In this document: positions 7,343 through 16,565 of the stretch, piece after piece
How positions within the stretch are numbered: position 1 is the first letter of the stretch
Layout of the letters: each line of letters starts with the position of its first letter
Origin: an uncultured archaeon
GTDB taxonomy: Archaea > Hadarchaeota > Hadarchaeia > Hadarchaeales > WYZ-LMO6
Assembly (NCBI GenBank): GCA_938074535.1
Contig: CALJER010000021.1
Coordinates: 1-29,298 of the forward strand
Reading direction: 5' to 3'
DNA: 29,298 bases
Position numbers and translations under genes: made by a program
The notes under the pieces: model-generated
What the model was told of the DNA's origin: nothing
The model's input: the letters and a program-made list of their open reading frames with translations, nothing else
Database searches by the model: none

Positions 7343-10183
7343 ATGGGGCCGAACCCCTTCCAGCTGCTCCTGAAGCCCCTCAGGGAACTGCTGGAGCAGA
7401 GGGGCTTCTCCGAGCCCACCCCTCCCCAGAGGCTCTCCCTCCCCCTCATCCTGCAGGGGAAGAACGTTCTCCTGATCGCCCCCAGCGGCTCAGGGAAGAC
7501 GGAGGGGGCCTTCCTCCCCATCCTGCACCTCCTCCTCCTCTCCCAGCCGCAGGGGAGGGGTGTGAGGGTCCTGTACCTCACGCCCCTCAGGGCCCTGAAC
7601 AGGGACATGCTGGAGAGGCTGGAGTGGTGGTGCAGGGCGCTGGACCTCAGGGTGGCGGTGAGGCACGGGGACACCCTCCCCTCCGAGAGGCAGAGGCAGG
7701 CCCTCGTCCCTCCCGACGTCATGATCACCACCCCAGAGAGCCTGCAGATCCTCCTGGCCGGGAGGAGGCTGAGCGGGCACCTCAGGACGGTGAGGTGGGT
7801 GATCGTGGACGAGGTGCACGAGCTCGCCGACAACAAGAGGGGGGCCCAGCTCTCCCTCTCGCTGGAGAGGCTCAGGTCCCTCTGCGGGGAGGTCCAGATC
7901 GTGGGGCTCTCCGCCACCATAGGCTCCCCCGAGGAGGTGGCCCGCTTCCTGGTGGGGGAGGGGAGGCCGTGCGAGATCGTGGACGTGAGCATGGAGAAGG
8001 AAATGGAGCTGGAGGTGGTGTATCCCAGGCCCACCGAGGAGGACAGGGAGCTGGCCTCCAGGCTCTACACCTTCCCGGAGGTGGCGGCCAGGCTCAGGGA
8101 GATCAGGAGGCTGATGGAGGCCCACGGCTCCACCCTCCTCTTCACCAACACCCGCCCCACCGCCGAGGTTCTGGCCAACCGCTTCAAGCTCTGGGACGTG
8201 AAGTTCCCCGTGAGCGTCCACCACGGCTCCCTCTCCAGCTTCTCCAGGGTGAGGGCGGAGAGGGGGCTGAAGGAGGGCGAGGTGAAGGGGCTGGTGAGCA
8301 CCTCCTCCCTGGAGCTGGGCCTCGACATAGGGAGGGTGGATCTGGTCATCCAGTACAACTCCCCCAGGCAGGCCACCCGCCTCCTCCAGAGGGTGGGGAG
8401 GAGCGGCCACAGGCTGGGGAAGGTGGCGAAGGGGGTGGTGGTGGTCCAGGACCCCGACGACCTGCTGGAGTCCGTGGTGATCCTCTCCCACGCCAGGAGG
8501 AAGGAACTGGAGCCGGTGAGGGTACCCGAGGAGCCCCTGGACGTCCTCCTCCACTCCCTGACCTCCCTCCTCCTCTCCCGCAGGAGGGTGGGGGTGAGGG
8601 AGGTCGTGGAGCTCTTCAGGAGGGCCCACCCCTTCAGAAAGCTGGGCAGGGGGGAGGTGGTGAGGGTGGTGGAGTTCGCGCAGGGCCTGAGCCGGAGGTT
8701 CCTGAGGCTCTCGGAGGACGGGGAGGCTGTGGAGAGGGCCGGGCCGCCGGGCAGGCTCTTCGAGTACTACTTCGAGAACCTCTCCATGATCCCCGACCTG
8801 AAGCAGTACCTGGTGGTGGACGACGGGAGCGGGCAGCCGGTGGGGGTGCTGGACGAGTCCTTCATGGCCGAGTACGGGGAGCCCGGGGTGAAGTTCACGC
8901 TGGGAGGGGAGGTCTGGAGGCTCGTGCAGGTCTTCGGCTCCAGGGTGTACGTGAGGAGGGATGAGGATCCCGTGGGCGCGGTCCCCAGCTGGATAGGGGA
9001 GGAGATCCCCGTGCCCTTCTCGGTGGCGCAGGAGGTGGGGAGGATCAGGAGGAGGGTGGAGGAGGCCTTCCTGCAGGGGAAGGGGGAGGAGGAGCTCAGG
9101 TCCGAGCTGGCCAGGGAGTACGGGGTGGAGGAGAAAGAACTGGAGGCGCCCCTCTCCGAGATGCTCTCACAGCTGAGGGAGGGGCTTCCCCTCCCCACCG
9201 ATCGGAGGGTGGTGGTGGAGAAGGTGGGGGAGTTCTGCGTGGTGGGGGCCTGCTTCGGCACCCTGGTCAACCGCACCCTCTCCAGGTTCCTGGCCCAGGG
9301 CCTTTCCTCGGAGCTGGTGGAGACCGTGGCCTCCAGGGTGGACCCCTACCGCCTGGTCCTCCGCTCCCCCTCCCTGGACCCCGAGCTGGTGGTGAGCCTG
9401 CTCAGGAGGGGAGGGGAGGAGGGGCTGAGGGAGACGGTGGAGGGGAGCAAGTTCTTCAGGTGGAGGCTGGTGCAGGTGGCCAGGAGGATGGGTGTGCTGC
9501 GGAAGGAAGTGGAGCTCACCCACTCCCTCGTGGACAAGCTGATGGTCTCCCTGAAGGGGACCCCGGTGTTCGAGGAGACCTTCAAGGAGGTGGTGCAGAA
9601 GGACCTGGACCTGGAGAGGACGGCCTGGGTGCTCCGCCTCATCCGCTCGGGGGAGATAGAGGTGAGGTCCCTGGGTGAGAGGGATCACCCCACCCCCCTC
9701 TCCTTCCAGGTCTGGAGGCAGCACAGGGTGGGCATGGAGCCCTCCGTTCCGGGCAGGCTGAGGCTGCTTGCCGTGGCCTCCGCCAGGGCCAGGCTGCTGG
9801 GCGAGGTCAGGACCTTCGCCTGCGTCTCCTGCCGCTCCTGGTTCCGGGAGCTCCCCCTGCACGAGCTGGAGGAGAGGCCCAGGTGCCCCAGGTGCGGGAG
9901 CGCCGAGATAGGGATGGCGGAGGAGCCCGAGGAGGAGGTGAGGAAGGCGGCCGAAATGGCGGGGAGGGGGAGGGAGGGGGAGGTCTGGAAGAGGGTGGTG
10001 GAGAGCTCCAGGCTCCTCTCCCAGTACGGCAGGCTGGCGGCCCTGGCCCTGGCGGGGAGGCACATGAGCCCCAGGGCGGCGGAGGGGATCCTGAAAAGGG
10101 AGAGGGAGTTCTCCACCTCCTTCGTAGAGAGGGTGCTGGAGAAGGAGCGCGAGGAGATGCTGAGGAGGTGGGGAAGGTTCTGA
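7343..10183 (+). CDS. lhr: Lhr-family SF2 ATP-dependent helicase with C-terminal Zn ribbon
   Basis: APSGSGKT, TPLRALNRD, RHGDT, ITTPESL, DEVHEL, GLSATIG, HHGSLS, TSSLELGLDIG and QRVGRSGH. C-terminal CVSC...CPRC. ATG 7343 is preferred over GTG 7316. Confidence 0.93.
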   Translation: MGPNPFQLLLKPLRELLEQRGFSEPTPPQRLSLPLILQGKNVLLIAPSGSGKTEGAFLPILHLLLLSQPQGRGVRVLYLTPLRALNRDMLERLEWWCRALDLRVAVRHGDTLPSERQRQALVPPDVMITTPESLQILLAGRRLSGHLRTVRWVIVDEVHELADNKRGAQLSLSLERLRSLCGEVQIVGLSATIGSPEEVARFLVGEGRPCEIVDVSMEKEMELEVVYPRPTEEDRELASRLYTFPEVAARLREIRRLMEAHGSTLLFTNTRPTAEVLANRFKLWDVKFPVSVHHGSLSSFSRVRAERGLKEGEVKGLVSTSSLELGLDIGRVDLVIQYNSPRQATRLLQRVGRSGHRLGKVAKGVVVVQDPDDLLESVVILSHARRKELEPVRVPEEPLDVLLHSLTSLLLSRRRVGVREVVELFRRAHPFRKLGRGEVVRVVEFAQGLSRRFLRLSEDGEAVERAGPPGRLFEYYFENLSMIPDLKQYLVVDDGSGQPVGVLDESFMAEYGEPGVKFTLGGEVWRLVQVFGSRVYVRRDEDPVGAVPSWIGEEIPVPFSVAQEVGRIRRRVEEAFLQGKGEEELRSELAREYGVEEKELEAPLSEMLSQLREGLPLPTDRRVVVEKVGEFCVVGACFGTLVNRTLSRFLAQGLSSELVETVASRVDPYRLVLRSPSLDPELVVSLLRRGGEEGLRETVEGSKFFRWRLVQVARRMGVLRKEVELTHSLVDKLMVSLKGTPVFEETFKEVVQKDLDLERTAWVLRLIRSGEIEVRSLGERDHPTPLSFQVWRQHRVGMEPSVPGRLRLLAVASARARLLGEVRTFACVSCRSWFRELPLHELEERPRCPRCGSAEIGMAEEPEEEVRKAAEMAGRGREGEVWKRVVESSRLLSQYGRLAALALAGRHMSPRAAEGILKREREFSTSFVERVLEKEREEMLRRWGRF

Positions 10184-10186
10184 GCC

Positions 10187-10447
10187 CTACAGGGGGTGGA
10201 GGGTGATGGCACCGGCGGGGCAGACCTTCAGGCAGACCCCGCATCCCCAGCACAGGGTGTCGTTGGCCACGAGCTCCCACTCCTCGCACACCTTCCCCTT
10301 CTCCCTCCCCTTCGGGAAGGTGATGAAGACGGAGGAGGGGCAGTTCCTCAGGCACTTCCCGCACCTGGGGGTGCCCAGGCACTTTTCCCCATCCACCTGA
10401 ACCCTCACGGTCCTCTCGGGGAGGGCCAGCCTCCTCAGACGCTCCAT
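10187..10447 (-). CDS. 2[4Fe-4S] ferredoxin (86 aa)
   Basis: CLGTPRCGKCLRNCP and CWGCGVCLKVCP. The ATG overlaps the upstream stop (TGATG). Confidence 0.88.
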   Translation of the reverse strand: MERLRRLALPERTVRVQVDGEKCLGTPRCGKCLRNCPSSVFITFPKGREKGKVCEEWELVANDTLCWGCGVCLKVCPAGAITLHPL

Positions 10448-11289
10448 CACCACAGCCCCCTCACGGCCGGGACCTCGGACCGGGGGACCAGCCTGAGGGC
10501 CCCTTGCTCGCAGGCGGTGCGGCAGAGGCCGCAGCCCGCGCACTCCTTCAGGTTCAGGACGGCCTTTCCCAGGTAGGGCGAGAGGGAGAGGGCCCCGAAC
10601 TGGCAGCGGGGCACGCACCTGCCGCAGCCCGTGCATTTGTCGTAGTCCAGCACGGCCACGTACTCCGCCTTCCTGAGGAAGAAGTTGAACCAGTCGCCCA
10701 GGGCCCTCCTGTACCGCAGGGCGGCGCAGGTGGGGAACTCGCAGTTGCAGAAGCCCATGACCGCACCCGAGAGCATGTCCATCCAGAAGGTGTGGACGTA
10801 TCCCTTCTCCTCGAATCCCCTCATGAGCTCCACGGCCTCCCCCTTCGAGATGTACTGAATCCCTCCCCTGGTGAAGTCGGGCCAGTCCCTCGCGTACTCC
10901 AGGTAGACGGGACCCACCAGGATGCAGGTCCTCTCCTCGAAGCTCCCCTTCAGCATCCTCCTGCAGACGCATGCTACCCTCGCCATGGGGCCCGAGAGCT
11001 CTATGATGCGCTCCGCGTCCTCCATGGGCACCACCTGCCCCCTGTGGGGGGAGAGGCTTTCGATCATCCCCTTCACCGTCTCCACCGTCCTGGAGAACTC
11101 CTCGTCGTTTTCCAGCTTCAGGGCCTCCTCGAACATGGCCGGAACCATGCCCACCATGCTCTCGGTGTTCTGGAAGTACTTGACGGCGCTCTCCACCACC
11201 GCCCTGTCCTTCAGGAACTCCGCGGAGAAGTTCCTCAGGTTCAGGTACCACTTCCTGCCCTCTCCGTGCTTCAGGCACCAGTCGCACAT
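10447..11289 (-). CDS. Cys-rich Fe-S protein with C-terminal 2[4Fe-4S] ferredoxin domain (280 aa)
   Basis: N-terminal MCDWCLKHGEGRKWY, internal ACVCRR and FCNCEFPTC, C-terminal CTGCGRCVPRC and CAGCGLCRTAC. Confidence 0.85.
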   Translation of the reverse strand: MCDWCLKHGEGRKWYLNLRNFSAEFLKDRAVVESAVKYFQNTESMVGMVPAMFEEALKLENDEEFSRTVETVKGMIESLSPHRGQVVPMEDAERIIELSGPMARVACVCRRMLKGSFEERTCILVGPVYLEYARDWPDFTRGGIQYISKGEAVELMRGFEEKGYVHTFWMDMLSGAVMGFCNCEFPTCAALRYRRALGDWFNFFLRKAEYVAVLDYDKCTGCGRCVPRCQFGALSLSPYLGKAVLNLKECAGCGLCRTACEQGALRLVPRSEVPAVRGLW

Positions 11290-12479
11290 TTTCCCCCCTC
11301 CCTTTCACAACCCACCCAGAACCTCTCCTCTGAAAAGACGGTCTTCTCCCCCAGCCCCCTGATCATGTCCTCCGCCCTCTGCATGTTCCTCCTGAGCGGC
11401 TCCTCACCCGTGGCCAGCTGGAGAAGCTCCAGCACGTGGAAGATGGGCATCCCGGCAGGATAGACCACCTTTCCTATGGAGAGGATGAGCAGGCAGGTGG
11501 CGCAGTAGACGACGAGCAGGTCCGCCCCCGTTCTCTCGGCCTCCTTCAGCTGTCTCACGGCCCCCTCCACGATGTCGAAGGGGTTGTAGCTGCAGATCCC
11601 CTCGGCTATGCCGCAGCACATGGCCCTCCTCCTCGAGCGTTCCATCTCCACGACCTCCATCCCCATCGCCTCCACCATCTTCCTCGGGAGGTCCAGGAAG
11701 GATTCTCCCAGGAGCTTCGCGTGGCAGGAGTCCTGGATCGTCGCCCTCTTGTCCAGCTTCCTCCTGAGCTCGATCCTCCCCTTCTCCATTCCCTCCCACA
11801 GCCATTCCCTCAGGTCCTGGAGCTCGAAGTCAAGCCCGACCCCGAAGTCGGGGTAGATGTCCCTCAGCATGTGGTAGCAGGCCGGGCAGAAGGTGATGAG
11901 CTTTTTGGGGCGGAGGGAGTTGAGCCTCCTCCCCACCCTCTCCGGCAGCCCCTCCATCTTTCCCAGCAGCCCCATCCTGTAGTAGATCTCCCCGCAGCAC
12001 AGGCTCTGCTCCCCCACCGCGGTCAGACCCTCCAGCAGCCTCGTGCGGAGGAGGTAGGGGAAGATCTGGGCGTTGCAGCCGGCGTACAGGATCTCCCCTC
12101 CTCCTTTCCCCCCCTTCAGGGCTTCCGACCAGGAGCTGAGCATCCTCCTCTCATCCTCTGGCATGCTCTCCCTCGCGATGGAAAGGAAGTTGGGAGTTTC
12201 GAGCGGCAGAACCGTTCTGACCCTCAGGGGGAGCCCTTCCCTCTCGTACCTCTCCTCCCACCGTCTGAGGATCAGGTGGTAAGGGCTGCAGCCAGCCGGG
12301 CAGAGGAGGTTGCAGGTCATGCAGCTGGTGCACCTGGAGAGGACCTCCGTCTCCCTTCCCTCCACCAATTTCTCCATTTCCTCCCCCGCCCTTTCCCGGG
12401 GCACCCCCAGCACGGGGCACTCGCTCAGGCACAGGCCGCACCGGTTGCAGGAGCTTTCCCTGAAAAGGGGGCGGCCCAT
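11271..12479 (-). CDS. HdrD/GlpC-like Fe-S oxidoreductase (2 x 4Fe-4S motifs + 2 CCG domains)
   Basis: CNRCGLCLSECP and CTSCMTCNLLCP. CCG domains YAGC...LCCG...FCPAC and DSCH...MCCG...YCATC. Start ATG 12479 (alternative 12500). Confidence 0.88.
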   Translation of the reverse strand: MGRPLFRESSCNRCGLCLSECPVLGVPRERAGEEMEKLVEGRETEVLSRCTSCMTCNLLCPAGCSPYHLILRRWEERYEREGLPLRVRTVLPLETPNFLSIARESMPEDERRMLSSWSEALKGGKGGGEILYAGCNAQIFPYLLRTRLLEGLTAVGEQSLCCGEIYYRMGLLGKMEGLPERVGRRLNSLRPKKLITFCPACYHMLRDIYPDFGVGLDFELQDLREWLWEGMEKGRIELRRKLDKRATIQDSCHAKLLGESFLDLPRKMVEAMGMEVVEMERSRRRAMCCGIAEGICSYNPFDIVEGAVRQLKEAERTGADLLVVYCATCLLILSIGKVVYPAGMPIFHVLELLQLATGEEPLRRNMQRAEDMIRGLGEKTVFSEERFWVGCEREGGKCATGA

Positions 12480-12498
12480 CGTCCTCTCTTCTCCTCCC

Positions 12499-12506
12499 AT
12501 AAAAAA
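12499..12506 (-). promoter_or_regulatory. Putative TATA box (TTTTTTAT) for the HdrD-like operon
   Basis: The only AT-rich tract nearby, 20-27 nt upstream of ATG 12479. Confidence 0.45.
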
Positions 12507-12678
12507 GCCGCGCCGGGGCACCGCTCGTTCCCGTCCGGGAGGAGGCGCGGGTGGCGGGCCTTCCTCCCTGGCCGGTCCTGAGGCCCGAGGGCGGCGGTGG
12601 CCCAGAAGGGGTGGAGGGGGCGGGAACACCCTCTGTGCGGGCCCCCAGCCCTTTAGCCTCCCCGGAACAGGAGGGAAG

Positions 12679-13833
12679 GTGGAGGACCTGAGGAAGGTGC
12701 TGGTGGTGGGGGTCAACACCAGGCCCGTGGTGAAGTCAGCCAGGGCTTTGGGCCTGAGGGTGGTGGCCGTGGATCGCTTCAGGGATGTGGACCTCTGCTC
12801 CCTGGCCGAGGACGTTCTTCCCCCTCCCCCCTCCTCCCCGGCGGAGAGGCTGGACTGGAAGGATCTGTGCCTCAGGGCCCTAGAGGAGCATGAGGTGGAC
12901 GCCGTGCTCTACACCTCCGGGATGGAACACCAGCGCGAGCTGCTGAAGGAGCTTGAGAGAAGGGGGCTGCTGGTGGGGAACCCATGGGAGCGGGTGAGGA
13001 GGGCCAGGAGGGAGCTCTTCTCCACCGCCTCCAGCCTGGGCCTTTCCTTCCCCCCTACGGAGGAGGCCAGGAGCCCGGAGGAGGCGGAGGAGAGGGCGGA
13101 GGAGCTCGGCTATCCCGTGGTGCTGAAGCCTCCGTCCGGCGGGGGAGGGAGGGGGATTGTCCTGGTGAAGTCGGGGGAGGAGGTGGAGGGGGGCTTCAGG
13201 CGGGCCTCTTCCTCCGGGAGGGTCCTGGTGCAGAAGTACGTGCGGGGCAGGAACGCCAGCGCCAGCCTGGTGTGCGGGAGGGGGGAGGCCGTCTGCTTGA
13301 CGGTGAACGAGCAGCTGATAGGGGATTCCTCCCTGGGCGCTCCAGGACCTTTCTCCTACTGCGGAGGGGTGGTTCCGCTGGAGGGGGGAAAGGAGGCGGA
13401 GAGGATAAGGGAAGGCGCCGAGGCCCTCTGCTCGGAGCTGGGGCTGGTGGGGAGCAACGGAGTGGACTTCGTGATCTCGGGGGGGGAGCCCTGGGTGGTG
13501 GAGGTGAACCCCAGGTTCCAGGGGACGCTGGAGCAGGTGGAGGGTGTGCTGGGGATAAACCTGGTGGAGGAGCACCTGAGGTGGTGCGGGGGGGGAGGGG
13601 GGAGATACGGGAAGCCCAGGGGGTGCTCCGTGAAGCTCGTCCTCTACGCCGGAAGGGAGCTCACGGCACCGGATCTGAGGAGGTTCCCCAACGCGGTGGA
13701 TCTCCCCTGGAGGGGACAGAGGGTGGGGAGGGGCCAGCCGGTCTGCAGCGTGCTGGAGTTCGCCCCCGGCAGGGAGAGGGCCATGGAAGGGGCGAGGGCA
13801 GCGGCGGCGGAGATCCTGCGCCGCCTGGGGTGA
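12679..13833 (+). CDS. ATP-grasp ligase (MJ0776/COG2232-like, C1-cofactor associated)
   Basis: KVLVVGVNTRPVVKSA..VDRFRDVDL, YPVVLKPPSGGGGRGI, VQKYVRG, TVNEQLIG, GSNGVDF and VEVNPRFQGT. GTG 12679 follows GGAGG. Confidence 0.85.
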   Translation: MEDLRKVLVVGVNTRPVVKSARALGLRVVAVDRFRDVDLCSLAEDVLPPPPSSPAERLDWKDLCLRALEEHEVDAVLYTSGMEHQRELLKELERRGLLVGNPWERVRRARRELFSTASSLGLSFPPTEEARSPEEAEERAEELGYPVVLKPPSGGGGRGIVLVKSGEEVEGGFRRASSSGRVLVQKYVRGRNASASLVCGRGEAVCLTVNEQLIGDSSLGAPGPFSYCGGVVPLEGGKEAERIREGAEALCSELGLVGSNGVDFVISGGEPWVVEVNPRFQGTLEQVEGVLGINLVEEHLRWCGGGGGRYGKPRGCSVKLVLYAGRELTAPDLRRFPNAVDLPWRGQRVGRGQPVCSVLEFAPGRERAMEGARAAAAEILRRLG

Positions 13834-13889
13834 CCGATTTCCGATCCGCTCCTCTGGGGTGCGGCCGGTTCCGCGCCCGGGCGGCCGGG

Positions 13890-14612
13890 CTAGGGATCCC
13901 TGAGGATCTCCTCGATCTCCTTCCTCCCCACCCTGCCCAGATGGAGGGAGGTGGCCAGCAGGACCCCCGCCATTCCGAGTTTCTTGAGGAGCCTGAGGTC
14001 CCCCGCGCCCCTCACCCCCCCTCCCACCAGCACCGGAAGGCGGGTGAGGCGCAGCACCCTCTGGGAGAGGGCCACGTTGGGCCCGGTGGAGGTCCCCACC
14101 CTGTCGAGGTTGAGGAGGAGGAGCTCCGACACCCCGGCCCTTTCCAGAGCCTGCACCACCCTCGCCACCGGACCGCCGGTCTTCCTCGAGCGGGCCACCA
14201 CCCTGCCCTCCTTCAGGTCCACGCTCCCCACCAGCGGCAGGCCGTAGCCCCTGGCCCTTTCCACCTCCGCGAAGCTCTCGAGGGTTTCGGTGGCAGCCAC
14301 GAGCTTCTTCACCCCCACCTCCGCGTAGGGTCTGGCGTCCTCCGCCCTCTCGAAGCCCGCGTCCACCATCACCTCCGCCCCCCCCTTCACTATCTGGGAG
14401 AGGGAGGCGAGGTTGTCCCCGCTTCCCTCGATGGCGTCCAGGTCGGCGAAGTAGATCTCCTTCAGGCCGAGGCTCAGGTAGGCCCTGGCCAGGGAGAGGG
14501 GGGAGGAGCCCTCCGCCAGCACGCTCTTCACCGGCCGGTATTCCTTCCTCCTTCCGCCCACGGCATGCACCGCTGTTCCCTCCCTCACGTCCAGCACGGG
14601 GATGAGCCTCAC
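13890..14612 (-). CDS. HisA/HisF-related TIM-barrel protein (C1-cluster type)
   Basis: MRLIPVLDVREGTAVHAVGGRRKEYRP, IYFADLDAI, MVDAG, LNLDRVGTSTG and VGGGVRG. GTG 14612 overlaps the mfnE stop (GTGA). Confidence 0.85.
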   Translation of the reverse strand: MRLIPVLDVREGTAVHAVGGRRKEYRPVKSVLAEGSSPLSLARAYLSLGLKEIYFADLDAIEGSGDNLASLSQIVKGGAEVMVDAGFERAEDARPYAEVGVKKLVAATETLESFAEVERARGYGLPLVGSVDLKEGRVVARSRKTGGPVARVVQALERAGVSELLLLNLDRVGTSTGPNVALSQRVLRLTRLPVLVGGGVRGAGDLRLLKKLGMAGVLLATSLHLGRVGRKEIEEILRDP

Positions 14613-15241
14613 TCCACCACCGGGATGATTTTGGTCCCCAACGTTTCCCCGCCCCTCAGGGCTTTCCCCAGGCCCTCCATGCCCCTTGCCCCCACCACCC
14701 AGCAGGTGATGGCCCACTTCTCCAGCAGGTCGGGGAGGAGGGGATCCACGACGGTGGTCCTCATCTCCCTCAGCTCCTTCGTGGTCAGGACCTTCCTCAG
14801 CCTTCCCCCCTCCCTTATCCCCTCCACCCCTTTCACCAGCACCAGGGTGCGGCACTCCACCTTCCCGCAGAGCCAGGCGGCGATGGAGTCGGAGGTGAGC
14901 CTCCAGGACTTCTCCAGCTTCTTTTCCTTCCTGAGCTCCAGGAAGGGCAGGAAAACGGTCTCCCCCTTCACCTCCTTGAGGGAGGAGGTGCACCTCCACT
15001 TCAGGAGCTCCCTCAGCAGAATCCCGTAGGCCTCCATGCCGAGGATGGCCATCCAGTGGGCGGCCTCCTCCGAGAACCCCAGCCTCCTCTGTAGCTCCCT
15101 CACGGTCTCCGTCATCCTGCCCCCTCCTGGGACCACGAGCAGGTCGTACTCCTCCGAGAGGGAGCGGAGGAGGGAGCAGATCCTCCTCAGCGCCTCCCCC
15201 TTCTCCTGCAGGCTTCCGCCCACCTTCACCACGGCGTCCGT
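14609..15241 (-). CDS. mfnE: Amino-acid-kinase-family protein, [5-(aminomethyl)furan-3-yl]methyl phosphate kinase
   Basis: VVKVGGSL, VPGGG, AHWMAILGME, SWRLTSDSIAAWL and LVKGVEGI, in the context of mfnB/D/F. Start is uncertain: ACG 15241 with an SD, or GTG 15232. Confidence 0.82.
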   Translation of the reverse strand, partial: TDAVVKVGGSLQEKGEALRRICSLLRSLSEEYDLLVVPGGGRMTETVRELQRRLGFSEEAAHWMAILGMEAYGILLRELLKWRCTSSLKEVKGETVFLPFLELRKEKKLEKSWRLTSDSIAAWLCGKVECRTLVLVKGVEGIREGGRLRKVLTTKELREMRTTVVDPLLPDLLEKWAITCWVVGARGMEGLGKALRGGETLGTKIIPVVE

Positions 15242-16236
15242 CCCACCGCCTCCCCCGCCAGTCTGCCCATGCAGAAGGCCGGCGTCATGAGGGCCGCCTC
15301 CTCCCCCCATATCCTCCCAAGGTCCACCACCCTTTTGAAACCTGCTTCCCCTGCGGCCTCCCTTCCCAGGATCTTCCTGCCCACTCCCGTCACCACGGCC
15401 GGGCAGCCCTCCAGCCCGTACCTTTCCGCCACCGCCCTCATCTTCCCCGCCACCCTCCTCACCTGCTCCCGGTGGAGGGCCCTGGCGCTTCTTCTGAGGA
15501 AGCCCTCCCCCACCTCCTCCGGGTCGGAGCAGAAGGCCCTGGCCAGCCTCCTCCTGCAGCTCTCCTCGTCCCTCCCCCTCCCGTCGGGGGTCTCGGAGGT
15601 GTACTCCCCAGGATGGAGCTTGCCCAGCAGGATGTAGACGTCCCCCATCACCGCAAAGTGCTCCGCCGCCACCCCCACCCCCTCCACCTCTCCCAGCACG
15701 CAGGGGACGGGGGTGCGCACCACCCCGGTGTACACGAGCTCCCCCCTCCTCAGGCGCTGGAAGTCCGTGCTCCCCAGGTTGGCCACCCTCCCCCCCACCA
15801 GGGGGATGAGGTCGGTGGTGGTGCTCCCCACATCCACCAGCAGGGAGTCGGGGAACTCCCTGGCCACCAGGAGCCCGCTGGCCACCCAGTTGGAGGCCGC
15901 CACGGAAAGGGGATCGGAAAGCACCTCCCTCATCCCCACCAGTTCACCGCGGAGGGTGAGAAAAAGAGCTTTTCCCCACACCTTCCGCACCTCCTTCACC
16001 AGCTCCCTCACCCCCTCCTCCCTCGTCCCGAACACGTCGGCCAGCTCCCCGGTCATCACCACCCCCACCCTTTCCGCCCCCCACCGCTTCAGCTCCCTCA
16101 GGGTGCTGCCCAGCCTTCCGCGTTCCTTCCAGAGGGGGAGGTAGCGGAGGAGGGAGGCTTCCACCCTCTCCCCCCTCAGGAGCACTGCCTTGGTGTGGGC
16201 CCCACCCAGGTCGAGGCCGAGAGAGGGCGTCCTCAC
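15226..16236 (-). CDS. mfnF: Methanofuran biosynthesis coupling enzyme (hydantoinase A/ASKHA-like, MJ0840 type)
   Basis: GLDLGGAHTK, YLPLWK, VVMTGELAD, AASNWVAS, DVGSTTTDLIP, GELVYTGVVRTP, AEHFA..DVY and TPDGRG. Confidence 0.9.
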   Translation of the reverse strand: MRTPSLGLDLGGAHTKAVLLRGERVEASLLRYLPLWKERGRLGSTLRELKRWGAERVGVVMTGELADVFGTREEGVRELVKEVRKVWGKALFLTLRGELVGMREVLSDPLSVAASNWVASGLLVAREFPDSLLVDVGSTTTDLIPLVGGRVANLGSTDFQRLRRGELVYTGVVRTPVPCVLGEVEGVGVAAEHFAVMGDVYILLGKLHPGEYTSETPDGRGRDEESCRRRLARAFCSDPEEVGEGFLRRSARALHREQVRRVAGKMRAVAERYGLEGCPAVVTGVGRKILGREAAGEAGFKRVVDLGRIWGEEAALMTPAFCMGRLAGEAVGRTPW

Positions 16237-16307
16237 AGCTCTGAGGGGGGAGGCTTAGGGGAAAACGCTTGTGGTGGGCTGATAGCGGAAGGGGCGGAGC
16301 CCCACCG

Positions 16308-16565
16308 ATGCTGTCGGAACTTCCGACGTGGAGCCGAAGGAGGGGCAGGGAAATCCTCAGGGTGGGGATGATCGCAGGGCTGGATGCCCTCGACCTCTGC
16401 GAACAGACGGCGGCCGCGGCGACCAGCGGGCCGGCGAGGCTGCTCGGCACAGCCGGGGAGGAAGGGACCCACCTCGGGGAGCTCCGGACCACGCCTGAGG
16501 AGGACCGGGAAGAGGTGGAGAAGGGCGGGGAGGAGGTGGAGGGGCTCAGGTCCTCCAAGCGCTGA
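16308..16565 (+). pseudogene. Degenerate encapsulin-associated ferritin-like (Flp/EncFtn-type) gene
   Basis: EILRVGMIAGLDALDLCEQ...EEGTHLGEL...EVEKGGEEVEGL follows the Flp pattern EILRxAIIAELDAINLYEQ...EEKxHVGEF...ELxxGxxEVxEL as I recall it, but with E>G and Y>C substitutions and shortened helices. It lies antisense within the mfn operon. Confidence 0.6.

Noticed and set aside
13834-13889. Possible bidirectional terminator hairpin between the ATP-grasp and hisA-like genes
   Set aside because: The pairing is weak and rich in GU pairs, with no T tract, so it cannot be supported.
13890-14612. Histidine biosynthesis hisA/hisF
   Set aside because: The VHAVGGRRKEYRP and ADLDAI motifs and the coupling to mfnE fit the C1-cluster paralogue, and no other his genes are present.
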